Shown piece after piece: positions 10,566 through 20,868 of a DNA stretch of 64,000 nt; within the stretch, counting starts at the first letter, position 1; each line of letters starts with the position of its first letter. This DNA comes from Diplonema japonicum (Eukaryota > Protista > Euglenozoa: Diplonemea). Location: NCBI GenBank assembly GCA_964019335.1, contig OZ025756.1, positions 124,001-188,000 on the forward strand, written 5' to 3'. Made by a program: the position numbers and the translations under genes. The notes beneath the pieces were generated by a model. The model saw only the letters and a program-made list of their open reading frames with translations. It ran no database searches and had not been told where the DNA came from.

Positions 10566-11825
10566 TCATCCCAAGAACTGTTGGAAGAAACCGACCCATT
10601 CTTCTACCGCGGATAAATCCTTTAAAGTGAGGAAGAGCACTTTATTCTTCCCGTCACCAAGACGCATTCCATGCTGCCATTTTCTCTCCGTGACTTCTAT
10701 CACCCGACCGGAACCAGAGATCTCAAGTGTGAAACCAGGCTTTGGAATGGCAGTCCCAAGGTCGAGGTTTGCCAATGCGGCAAGAGGCATAGTGGCGCGA
10801 AGCCGCTTCCGACCGCTTGGCTCGAAAAAGTCCAATCGGGGTTGGTCGTCCACAGTGATTTTCATGACACGAAGCCGCCAGATTCGTAGATAACTCGATT
10901 GCTTGATGACTAGACACTCCGGCGGTATAACTCCGTTAAAACTGTGGCCAGCAAGAGTCCTCCTTCTTGTCGGGAGCTTGCAAATTTCCTTGAACTGCAC
11001 ATCGTACTTTTGCAACACTCTGTATAGATACGCAGCATCTGACATACACCGTGAGGAAAAACCACCTACAAGCATGCTTCTCTGCAGGCCTTCCTCGCCT
11101 ACTATCGAATGCCGATCTTCCTGCTCGGTTCCTTCAATTCCCGGAATGTTTTCTATCATTTGTTTCGCTTCTTTGATGTGTTTTAAAGCTTCTGTTTCAA
11201 CCCATTTCGCGTGTTGGAGGATCTGGTCGGCTTTCGTTTCTTTTTCAGCTTCGAGTTCTTGGGTCTCTCGCAAGATGGACTCCTTTATGTGGAACTCCTC
11301 CGATATGTACATATTGGTTGCTTTGTAATGGTTTTTCGAGCTTTCTAATTCAACTATTTTGTCGCGAAGGTCTTGCGTATCCATGTGGTGTTGTTCAGCT
11401 TGGTCTTCAAGTTGCTCTTCTAAATCTATGACACGGTCCACGAGTTCCAAGCCTTTCTCGGAGCATTCTGTTACACGGCCTTCCATGAAAGCGAGCTCTG
11501 TCTCCAGTTCCGCCGCCCGTCTTTTCCAGAACTGGACGGACTCTTCCTTTGGTGTTGACACTATGCTCTCACGTGCTGTTCTTGCTGTGTGAACATCTAC
11601 CCTGGCAGAGGTCAGGATGTCTCTTACACTTTTGAGAATATCCTCGCCACCCATTACCGATAACCGGGACATTCTGAGGGCAGGAACGCTGTCGATGTGC
11701 ATTTTCATTCCTGGTTTTAAGGTGCCCTGTTGTTCCATCTCACCCGTCTCCGTGTCGCTTAGAGTGGTGATGGTGTGGTCCGTCAGTGAGGATCTTGCTG
11801 AAACAGGAGTTTGCATGGATGTCAT
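10566..11825 (-). CDS. Coiled-coil protein with a C-terminal PH-like domain
   Basis: 419-aa ORF; E/K/L-rich heptad region, then KQSSYLRIWRLR...AVEEWVGFF, typical of PH-domain first strands and terminal Trp helix. Confidence 0.7.
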   Translation of the reverse strand: MTSMQTPVSARSSLTDHTITTLSDTETGEMEQQGTLKPGMKMHIDSVPALRMSRLSVMGGEDILKSVRDILTSARVDVHTARTARESIVSTPKEESVQFWKRRAAELETELAFMEGRVTECSEKGLELVDRVIDLEEQLEDQAEQHHMDTQDLRDKIVELESSKNHYKATNMYISEEFHIKESILRETQELEAEKETKADQILQHAKWVETEALKHIKEAKQMIENIPGIEGTEQEDRHSIVGEEGLQRSMLVGGFSSRCMSDAAYLYRVLQKYDVQFKEICKLPTRRRTLAGHSFNGVIPPECLVIKQSSYLRIWRLRVMKITVDDQPRLDFFEPSGRKRLRATMPLAALANLDLGTAIPKPGFTLEISGSGRVIEVTERKWQHGMRLGDGKNKVLFLTLKDLSAVEEWVGFFQQFLG

Positions 11826-12032
11826 TTTTTTTTTATATTTTTTTTTCTCCCCCCCACCCCCCTCCGCCGCTCCTCTTCCGCCTCGTCCTGTTTTTTTTTT
11901 TTTTTTTTTATAATTAATTTGGGGTCATATTTTTAAAAAAAAAAAAAAAAAATACTCCCTTTTTTTCCCCCCCCCTGCCCTTCTCCTCTTTTTTTACAAA
12001 AGAAACTTAGTGCGGTACTTTGTTAAAATAGG

Positions 12033-12064
<32 letters not shown>

Positions 12065-12065
12065 A

Positions 12066-12391
12066 AATATATGAGTTAAAGGAGGCCGGTGTTGGTGGCG
12101 CCCTGCACAAGAACTGTCTACTTGATTACAGGGGGCGCACCGCGGCCGAGTTGTAGCTTCTTCTGCGTTCCGCGTCGTGTCCTTAATGCGTGCGGTGTAC
12201 AGCTCAACCCCAGCCGGGGCGTCCCGGGTAACCAAGATTCTGCGCTCGTGCAGTTTGCTGCCTGCTCGTCACCCTGAGCATCTGCATTATGTTCTTCCAC
12301 TCGGGCGCTACCGGTGATGACCGACGAGGAGGTCAACAGCGAACAACACATCTGATGTTTTTCTTATATTTTCATGTTATCCCCACCACCT
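12066..12391 (+). repeat. Dispersed ~320-bp non-coding repeat, family A (most complete copy)
   Basis: Highly similar copies at 18258-18570 and 20604-20812, plus fragments at 2342-2642. Confidence 0.9.
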
Positions 12392-12900
12392 AAAAAGAAA
12401 GAAGAAGAAAAAAAAATGGGGCTTTTGATTGTACACTAAGTGAGCGTTAAAGTGTGCAACGAAAGAAAAAAAAAAAGAAAAAAGAAAAGGGAAAAAAAAA
12501 GAATGGTTACGATGATTTTATTTTTTAAAGGTAGTGTAGCACTTGACGCTGGCCAAACATTCTTTTTTTTTTTTGTTGATGTAACAAGTGTTTCTGTTCA
12601 AATAAGAAAAAGGAATCACAACCTAGCTTGAAGAAATTCGATGAAGTTTTTTTTTTTAAAAAAGAAAAAGACCATTTTACCACTTACCCCCCATACCGCC
12701 AAAGGATAGACCTTTCCCCCCCCCCCTTTTTTCTTCTTCTTTTTAGAAGAAAAAAAAAAACCATTCTTCTCACCTCTGAGGGTTCCGCATTCCCCCCCCC
12801 CCCCCCCCCCCGGCTCGCAGACCGTCGAGGAAACAACAAAAAAAAAAATCATTACGTTGAAAGGGAAAAAAACTCGCTTTATTTAAAAATTTTATATATA

Positions 12901-13589
12901 CTGTAAAACGAAAAACCCCCGGACGGAAAAATGTCTGAGTTTTTTTTGGCGTCCGGGAATTTTTCCATCCGGGAATTTTTTTTAGGTAAGGCCGTCAGGG
13001 GGCCTGGTCCACTACCACCTACATACTGGCCTGGGCTGCAAACGGCAACCGCGCGAAGAAACCCCCAGGGTTCCCTTTCTGCATCTTTGTCCTCCCTTGC
13101 TGCCCCTGAGGCAATCAGCTTGTCGAGCCTTCGTGTGGCCTACTACCTTTCTTAATAGATGCTTTACAGCTGCGTTCAACCCAATATCCATCGGTTGAAC
13201 CATGTAGGTGAGCCCAGGGGGACAAAAGCAATGTGCACGTTTGCGCCTGCGAACCACTCTACGAACCCATAGGCATAGGTCGTGTGAGTTGTGGTCGCCG
13301 ACAAGCAGCAGAATCGGCCCGTTCGGCAAAACCATGGGAATCGATGATTTATAGCAAAAAGGAAGAAACAGCTCCGTAACCCAGATACCGAGTATCATAA
13401 TTAGCCCAATGACTGGGCATTGAAAGGGGAGGAAAATTCAAACTGCCACGCAGGGTGACATTTTGGCTCTGCACAAGGAATAAAGCCCTTCCAGCAGTCA
13501 AACGTGGTGGGAGCTGCTACCCCCCCTTAAGTAAAAAAACCTCTTCCCAGAAAAACTCCCGGACGGAAAAATGTCCGGGTTTTTTACAG
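12901..13589 (-). mobile_element. Internally deleted pogo/Tigger-like (Tc1/mariner superfamily) DNA transposon
   Basis: Ends CTGTAAAA...TTTTACAG flanked by TA; subterminal cccggacggaaaaat repeats; ORF 13012-13398 has the DDE_1-type motifs LLLVGDHNSH and PPGLTYMVQPMDIG. Confidence 0.85.
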
Positions 13590-13598
13590 TATATATAT

Positions 13599-14606
13599 TT
13601 ACTGCCTCGCGTACATCAAGTTTTGAATGTCATCAGGGGTCTTAGCGGCCTCCATCATGTGTTTGGCGATGCGGAGGAAACAGTTCACCCGCTTCTCCTT
13701 CCCAACAGAGGTAGGGACAGTGGCGGTTTTAGTCGCCCGTGCCTGTCTGTATATCTGGTACGCAAGGCGGATGTCAGCATTGCCAGGACAACACCGGTGC
13801 ACCTGCGTGGCAAGCATTTCACTGTACTCATGCCCAGGGAAGAGAACGGTCTCGTCGGGAAGGCAGTGGTACGTGTTGTACGTGAGCAAGAGCTCCTCAA
13901 CAGTGTCGCACTCAAAGAACGCTCCGACCCCGCAACAAAACAGCGAGTCCCCGGTGAAACACGTTTCCGTGACTGCCCCCTCCGCTTTACAGAGGGTTAA
14001 AATATGCCCCTTTGTGTGCCCGGGGACCATTTTAAACCGGAATTCCATGTAACCAACTTTCATTTGTGTTTCTTCTGTAACGGGAAAGGTGAGCCCATGC
14101 GGGTGGTCGATTGCACTTCCTACAATTTCTATGTCGACCCCTGTCTTCAATTTGACCAGGTCCTTGAGCTCCGCGTTCCCACCTGAATGGTCCCAGTGTT
14201 TGTGTGTTGCGATGATGTGTGTTAATTTTACGTTGAGTCGGTCAGCAGCAGCGTATACTGCATTAGGGTCTGCGGGGTCGATTGCCACAGCTTGCATTGT
14301 TCTTGTGCACCATACTATGTAGCTGTAGTTGTCCATCAAGACGGGAACAGGGAGGACGGAGATACCTTCGCCGTCGTGTTGAAAAGCTTTTGAGTGTGGG
14401 CGGTCCTGTCTTGGGTGCATCACCACCCTTGCTATTTTATACCCGAAGAGCTCCGACGTGTAGATCCGGTACAGCAGCGGGAAGAACGACATCGCTCCGG
14501 TAGTCTTACCAGCGTACCCCAGAGCAATCGTCAGCGGCAAACCATACCACCACCATATTGCGAAGAGGAAGGCGAATGACAGGAATGCTCTCACCGCGGG
14601 GTCCAT
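13599..14606 (-). CDS. Hydroxyacylglutathione hydrolase (glyoxalase II)/PNKD-like metallo-beta-lactamase with an N-terminal membrane segment
   Basis: PVLMDNYSY, IDP, THKHWDHSGGN, PGHTKGH, FTGDSLF, PGHEY and EKRVNCFLR motifs; start at MDPAVRAF after a poly(A) run. Confidence 0.9.
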   Translation of the reverse strand: MDPAVRAFLSFAFLFAIWWWYGLPLTIALGYAGKTTGAMSFFPLLYRIYTSELFGYKIARVVMHPRQDRPHSKAFQHDGEGISVLPVPVLMDNYSYIVWCTRTMQAVAIDPADPNAVYAAADRLNVKLTHIIATHKHWDHSGGNAELKDLVKLKTGVDIEIVGSAIDHPHGLTFPVTEETQMKVGYMEFRFKMVPGHTKGHILTLCKAEGAVTETCFTGDSLFCCGVGAFFECDTVEELLLTYNTYHCLPDETVLFPGHEYSEMLATQVHRCCPGNADIRLAYQIYRQARATKTATVPTSVGKEKRVNCFLRIAKHMMEAAKTPDDIQNLMYARQ

Positions 14607-15057
14607 TTTTTTTTTTTTTTCCTTCCCTCTACGGAGGCTGATGGTAAACGGGCGGCCGTTGAAATCCGCTTCCCCCCCACGCGAAAAAGTGACGCTTGGC
14701 CAAGGCAAGCGCTAATGGGCGTAGCTTCGATTACTAATGAAAGACTTTAACTGGCCAGGTTCACCTTGACGACCTTACGCTGAACGGGTTAGCCGACGCT
14801 GGGTAAATATATTTTTAAAAATATTTATATATAAAAAGAGGGTACCTGCGGTATGTGGCAGGACGCCTCAAAAAAAAAGACGCAACACACTTCTTCTTAC
14901 CCCCCCCCCCCCCCCGGTGTTAATTTCCTCTGGAGCGCTTCTTAGCCTTCTCAAGTTTCTTTCGAAGCGACTTGTTGGCCTCTCGTTCCTCGTGGAGCTG
15001 TTTCTTGACTTCGTGTAGCTCGGATAGACTGGGGGGGAGGAATATTATTATTTATTA

Positions 15058-15654
15058 TTATTTTTTTTTTCTTCTTCTTTCGTACCACGTTGCCAAGGGG
15101 TCCTCTTCCTGCTCCTCTTGCAATGTGCTGCTTTCGACGATCTCCGGGGTGACGCAATTTTCCTCGGTGTTTTCGTCCTCCACGGCCCGGAGCTGCTCGA
15201 TTTGATGCATTTTCCTCGACAAGGAGAGGTGCCTGTGATTGTAGTCGTGGGTGGTGGGCTCGGGTGCCGTGTCGTGCCAGATCTGGGCTTTTTCCGCAGC
15301 TTCCTTAAGCTCTGTGATGAGGAAGTCTGGAACGGCTGTGCTTGGGTTGTCAATGAGGTCGTTCTGCAGCTCAGCAGCGTCGTACAACAGCACTTCTAGG
15401 TCGTTCCTTGCAGAAGCGAACTCTTTTCGCTTCTCCTGCTTCACGTGGATCTTGTTAAGCTTCCTCCTCCCGGCATCGATAACGGCTTTCTCCGTGACCG
15501 CGCTCTGTGTGACATCAATGGGCAACGACGTGTATTTCTCTTCCTCGACCTTCTTGGACATTGGGTTCCCCTTCTTCCCCTTCTTGTTTTTCTTGGCGAC
15601 CTCCACAACTTTACTGACCTTCACAGTGATCTTCGCACGCGTGAGCTCCACGAT

Positions 15655-15693
<39 letters not shown>

Positions 15694-17136
15694 TTTTCAG
15701 CATACCCAGATTCTCTCACAACAACTCGAATCTTAACAGGGACGGGACCCTCCACCCCGGGGCCGGACAGTTCGGTGTGGAGTTGTGCCGCAGAGGTTTG
15801 CACTTTTGATAATTTGTACGCGGATTGTACCTCACTTCCCTGTTTGATCTCCACAGTCAATTCGTCTTCGGCTGTCTCCACGTCAAACTGCATTTTATGC
15901 GGAACGGGTGAAGGGGGGATCGTGAACACCTTCCCGTTGGCAATAACAGTGTACTCAATTGAAGAGTAATGCCGCAGCATGGGAAGCGCCACATCAGGAA
16001 CTGTAAGGTTCGATGCATGCACAGCCGCACCTATGGCAGAGGCTTCATCCTTGTCAAGACGGTTTCCAAGAGCAGACTTCTTGGTGGATTCCATTATTGC
16101 TGCTTGTACGAATGGGATACGGGAGCCCCCACCGTATATCTCCACAGAACCAAGATTGGATGGGGATATTTTCGCTGTTTTCATGGCGGTTTTTATAAGG
16201 CGTTGTAGGCCTGCGATCTGATCCTGATTCACGGATTCGAATTTTTTCCGGGTGACGGTTTTTTTTATGACCCCGAAGTCCTCGATGGTGATCTCGGCCT
16301 CTGTTCGGGATGTGAGGACCTCCATGGTTTTCCTGAACCTCGCGAAGATTTTTCGCCGGTTTTTCCCGTCCTCCAGAACGTGGAGCTCAGCGTCGTTCCA
16401 GTACTCCATCACAAGGTTTCCCACCATTGCATCAACTGATATGTTAGTTGATGTCACAGAGGACAGGATTTGAACGGATCTTTGCATGATTAATCGTTGT
16501 GACCCACCGTCTAGACGGGAGCCCTTCACCAAGGTGCACCTTGCTGCGGTGACGGATGCGTGGGAGGCGGTCAGTGTGACGAACAAAACCTTTGATTTCA
16601 CAGGGTCTTGGTTGCTGAAATCGTGAATATTTGAATACGTAATCAACATTGCCGCTGGGTCTGAAATAATGGTCGGATGTTTCATCCCCGCCATCAACGA
16701 GGCATCGATCACCCTCTGCCGCTGCGAAGAGCTGTAGTAAGGCGGCACAGAAATCGTTGCTGGTTCCACTGTGTTTCCGGACAATATCTTCACGTGTTGC
16801 AGGACCATTCCAAGTGACTCGAGGTGCGTGACGCTGAGATTTTCGCTGATGGTTGCCTCGCCGGTGGGGTCGGTAGCCGCGAGGTCCCTTACGTTGTGAA
16901 CTACGTGATGGCCTTGTGCCCCGCTTTCGCATAGAAGTCGTTCTTCGCCGTCGTCCCGCCACCCGACCAGGCAAGGGAAATACCGTTCTGACATCGTGTT
17001 GAGGACGATCCTCGAGCGGCCCTGCTTTGCCACCGCCGCCCTTATTGTGTTTCGCCCGAGGTCTATCCCCAGCGACTCCTTGTCCCCCGCGGCCATCCCT
17101 GTTATTGTTATCACTGCAAAAAATATTTTTTCGATC

Positions 17137-17141
<5 letters not shown>
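15058..17141 (-). CDS. Hsp110/Grp170 (HYOU1)-like Hsp70-family chaperone, frameshifted at a 31-nt A run (15657-15687)
   Basis: Signal-peptide-like start, GIDLG, ATISVPPYY, VEIYGGGSRIPFVQ, DEASAIGAA. The downstream frame (15058-15651) has ARNDLEVLLY, resembling the Hsp110/Grp170 helical lid. Confidence 0.75.
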
Positions 17142-17169
<28 letters not shown>

Positions 17170-17502
17170 GTTTTGTTCGGGATCTTCCCCCAACCCCCGC
17201 CGCCTTTTTTTTTTTATTTTGTGTTTTGTCGGGTAAAAAAAAGCAAATATGGGAAATGGGGGAATGGTAACAGAGAGAAGAGGAAAAAAAAAAAAAATTG
17301 TAAGGGGAGTTCGGCGCCTAATAGCACCCTTCAAAAAAGTAGCTTTTTTTTTTTTCTTCTTCTTTTTTTTTTCCACAGATCGAGAAATGTGGAGGGGATA
17401 CACTCCCTTCTCACCTTTTTGCCTGTCTTCTTTTTTTTTTTTCTCTTTTTTTGAAGCATTGAACAAAACAAAAACAAAAAAAATTTTCTTTTTTTTTTAA
17501 AT

Positions 17503-17949
17503 TCACCCAGACTTTGAACCAGATTCCTTCTTGGCAGAGACCTTTTTGGCAGAACTCTTCTTTTTGCCAGCTACTTCGGCCTTTGTGTTGCCCTTGCTGC
17601 TCTTCCTGGACACCGCTGCGTGCACGTTCTGAACCACACCTCCGCCTGCGATGGTGACCCCTTGCAGAAGGGTATTGAAGTCCTCATCCTCTCTGACAGC
17701 CAGGCAGATATGCCTTGGCTTAATGGATTGCTGCTTGCTGTAATTGTAGGCAGTTTTACTACTCATGGTCAATAGTTCGTTGCAGGTGTACTCCAAGACT
17801 GCAGCAAGGTACACAGCACAGGTGCTAGACACCCTCTTCGCGTATCTCCCCTTCTTAAGAAGGTTCCCGAACCTACCCACAGGGAAGACGAGCCCAGCCT
17901 TAGCGGACCTGCTGACCTTCTGACGGACTTTCATGGTTTTGCGGGGCAT
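17503..17949 (-). CDS. H2A: Histone H2A, divergent
   Basis: SRSAKAGLVFPVGR, AVYLAAVLEY, IKPRHI.LAVREDEDF, VTIAGGGVV; Lys-rich extended tail. Confidence 0.93.
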   Translation of the reverse strand: MPRKTMKVRQKVSRSAKAGLVFPVGRFGNLLKKGRYAKRVSSTCAVYLAAVLEYTCNELLTMSSKTAYNYSKQQSIKPRHICLAVREDEDFNTLLQGVTIAGGGVVQNVHAAVSRKSSKGNTKAEVAGKKKSSAKKVSAKKESGSKSG

Positions 17950-18257
17950 TTTTTTTTTTTGTTTTGTTTTCTATTTCCGAATTAACGCTGGGTTGTTGGG
18001 GGGGGGGGGGTACTTTTTTTTTCCCCCAATTGTAAAAAAAAAGGGAAAAAAAAAGAAAATGTGCAGAGTCGCGGTTTCCCCCCCCCCCCCCCCCCTTCTC
18101 CCAACCCGAGCAGAGTCGCGGTCAGACTGTATAAGTCCATCCCTTGTGGTTGGGAACCATCTCTTCGCACGGCCCCCGTCCGGCCGTGGGCAGGGTCACC
18201 ACGGGCAGGTGAATGGGGCAGTTGTCTTCCTTCTCAAACCTCCACAAAAAAAAAAAA

Positions 18258-18570
18258 GAAATATAAGAGTTAAAAAAGGCCGGTGTTGGCTCCCTGCACA
18301 AGAACTGTCTAATTGATTACAGGGGGCGCACCGCGGCCGAGTTGTAGCTTCTTCTGCGTTCCGCGTCGTGTCCTTAATGCGTGCGGTGTACAGCTCAACC
18401 CCAGCCGGGGCGACCCGGGTAACCAAGATTCGGCGCTCGTGCAGTTCGCTGCCTGTTCGTCACCTGAGCATCTGCGTTATGGGACCGGATGACCGACGTG
18501 GAGGTCAACAGCGAACAACACATCTGATGTACTTCTTATATTTCCATCTTACCCCCACCACCATTAAGAA
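18258..18570 (+). repeat. Dispersed repeat family A copy
   Basis: Collinear with 12066-12391, with one short internal deletion. Confidence 0.9.
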
Positions 18571-18641
18571 AAAAGGGTGTGGGGGGGACAAATAAAACTT
18601 TTTCTTCCCCTTGTGTAAACAAGAATGAAAGCCCCCCCCCC

Positions 18642-18767
18642 CAGGGCTATGCTGGCAGGAAACGTGGAAACGTTTCCGTTTCCTTCAAAATTTCCCACGG
18701 CCTGTCCTCCAACTGGTATCCAGTTAAGTATCTGAAAAATAAGGAAACGGAAACGCCAACATAACCC
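18642..18767. mobile_element. MITE, family B (hAT-like termini)
   Basis: cagggctatgctggc...gccaacataaccc inverted ends with internal ggaaacg repeats; related to 47998-48352. Confidence 0.7.
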
Positions 18768-18799
18768 CTCGCCCCCCCTCCCTCCCTCCCTCCTTCAAT

Positions 18800-20478
18800 A
18801 TCTCACACTAGACATTTCTTTGTTGTCAGGCAGAGTTACTTCGTGCAAACGTAGCTCAATGCCATTGGATGCTAAACGCAGACCACGATACACCACCTAA
18901 AGGCCGTCAATCTCACAAGGCTCGAAAGGGGAGGCATAGAAGCAAAGCACGTTCACCCGTTTCACAGGTGCAGTCTCAGAGCACAATGTCCCACCCATTG
19001 CAACGCCCGGTCCCATCACTGTCACATACTTCTGTCTCTTGCTCCCGAACGTCCCGTACACAATGCTGCTGGTCGAGGATCCCACATGGAAGGTGTATTC
19101 TCTTCACCGAAGGCGGTCCCGAGCACGGACACCCCAAGCATCTTCACAAACACCAACGAGTTCTCAACATGTGTGGTGTATGGTTTGGTGCAGTTCCAGC
19201 AGACAGCAACCCTGTTCCCCTGAAGCGACACCACTGCTCCGTGTGACCTCTCCGTGCATGTCGTATCTTCGAAAGCCCGGCATTCAAATACTCCCCTTCT
19301 GCTTCAGAACACGTTATTTCAATCATCCCGACAGTTGCGCAGTGGCATTTATGCAGATAACTAGTACCCTCACTCAATCGGCTGACGTTGTCGAAGGACC
19401 CACTCTTGCTGTCTTGTGGGGCCGCTCATCTTCCTGTCCTCCCTCTTCAGCTTAAGTTGTTGCTCAACAAAGGACTTCCTCCCAAGAAGGGAACGGGGGA
19501 GAAGGAAGGGTTTTAGTGAGTCACCCACACCCTTCAGTTCAATTTCCCCCATCGGGATGACAGAGACAGAGTCAAGGGGGCGAGTTGCCTGCATCACCTC
19601 AGGAGTGACAGTGTTGCCGTCGATCCTTGGATGTCGGTGAAGACCACCGAAGACATTTTTGACTGAAGTCCGAGAATGGGGATATCTTTTGTTTGCGCTG
19701 AGTTGTTGTGCATGTTGTGGAAGAGTGCATCGGGGAGGTAGGGGCGGTAGCCTTCGAGGTTTGAGAGGATAGCCATGAAAGACTCGTAAAGGGGAGGGGG
19801 AAGGGAGGCGGCTGAGATGATGTCCTCGGCTGAGACAAGGTCGAAGCGGGAGAGGGAGGTCGCGATGTCCTCTGTGGCGGCGATCACCTTGTTCATCTTG
19901 TCGTGTTCTTGCTGAAGACTGCGAGCGAAACCGTTCGTGAAGTAGAAATCGACTATGAACATAAGAATGTAACTAGCAGCGGGGGAAACAGCGTTGAGAA
20001 ATTCCTGTTTGCAAGGGAGAGAAGCACATGCCACGACGGTCCTTCTGAGAGACCGAAATGATACACAGCTTCGAAAATCAGAACTATCAGCCAGAGATTG
20101 AGAATGGTGAGCAGTACTTTTGCTGCACGGGGGGGCAGACGGACCGCAATGCTGGCATCAAATTAGGAGGATGAAAAACGGCCACTTCCGACTCCCATTG
20201 GAGAGAACAGTTTCTCTTAGATCCGCCGTTATCAGAACCCCCGCATGTATATACATAAGAATTTCAATAAGCCCCGGTCTGACCTTACGCTCGAGTAACA
20301 TTTGCAAGAACAGAACCAGCGCTGCAACGACCCCCACCAGTGACGACGCGTAGCGAAGGTTGGAAAATGCAATGAGGTGCGCGATACTCCCGCTGAAAGA
20401 ACCGATCGCCACTATTCTTTTTACGAAACCTGTTTGTGCATCGTCTGTGGGCCTCAGTAAATAGGCAAAGCATTTCAT
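18800..20478 (-). pseudogene. Adenylate cyclase pseudogene
   Basis: N-terminal TM region (RKWPFFILLI, then stop), DFYFTNGFA, FTDIQGSTAT fused directly to VTPEVM (catalytic core deleted near 19610), then a frameshifted second domain. Confidence 0.9.
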
Positions 20479-20603
20479 ATCTGTTGTTCTCCCCTCCCCA
20501 TCTGTTATTGCGTTGTGTTGACAAACAGGTTTCGCAGTCTCTCCATGAGTTTAGAGATTTACAAGAAAGGTCACAGAAAAATGCAAAAAAAAAAAAAAAA
20601 AAA

Positions 20604-20812
20604 GAGACTATTTAAGGGTGCCTGCAGTATGTGGCAGGGCGCCCTGCACAAGTATCGTCTACTTGATTACAGGGGGCGCGCCTCGGCCTAGTTGTAGCTT
20701 CTTCTGCGTTCCGCGTCGTGTCCTTAATGCGTGCGGTGTACAGCTCAACCCCAGCCATGGTGCCCCTGGTAACCAAGATTCTGAGCCCGTGCAGTTCGCT
20801 GCCTGTTCGTCA
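20604..20812 (+). repeat. Dispersed repeat family A copy, alternative left end, truncated
   Basis: ttaagggtgcctgcagtatgtggcagg joined to the family A body; stops just before the cyclase 3' motif. Confidence 0.85.
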
Positions 20813-20826
20813 AATTGATTCTATCC

Positions 20827-20868
20827 AGCCTTGTTGGAAAACAAGGCTCAAAGAACAAATAAGCTGGT
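20827..20868 (-). promoter_or_regulatory. Conserved 3' motif/hairpin of the cyclase genes
   Basis: agccttgtt-ggaa-aacaaggct is a perfect 9-bp stem; variants recur near 23071, 24008, 27647, 30154, 32457, 32670, 35303, 37666 and 40386. Confidence 0.55.

Noticed and set aside
14636-14668. Hammerhead ribozyme (CUGAUG...GAAA) or LSU rRNA fragment (ggtaaacgg.cggccgt)
   Set aside because: The hammerhead core spacing is wrong and stems I/III are not evident; the rRNA similarity does not extend beyond ~17 nt.
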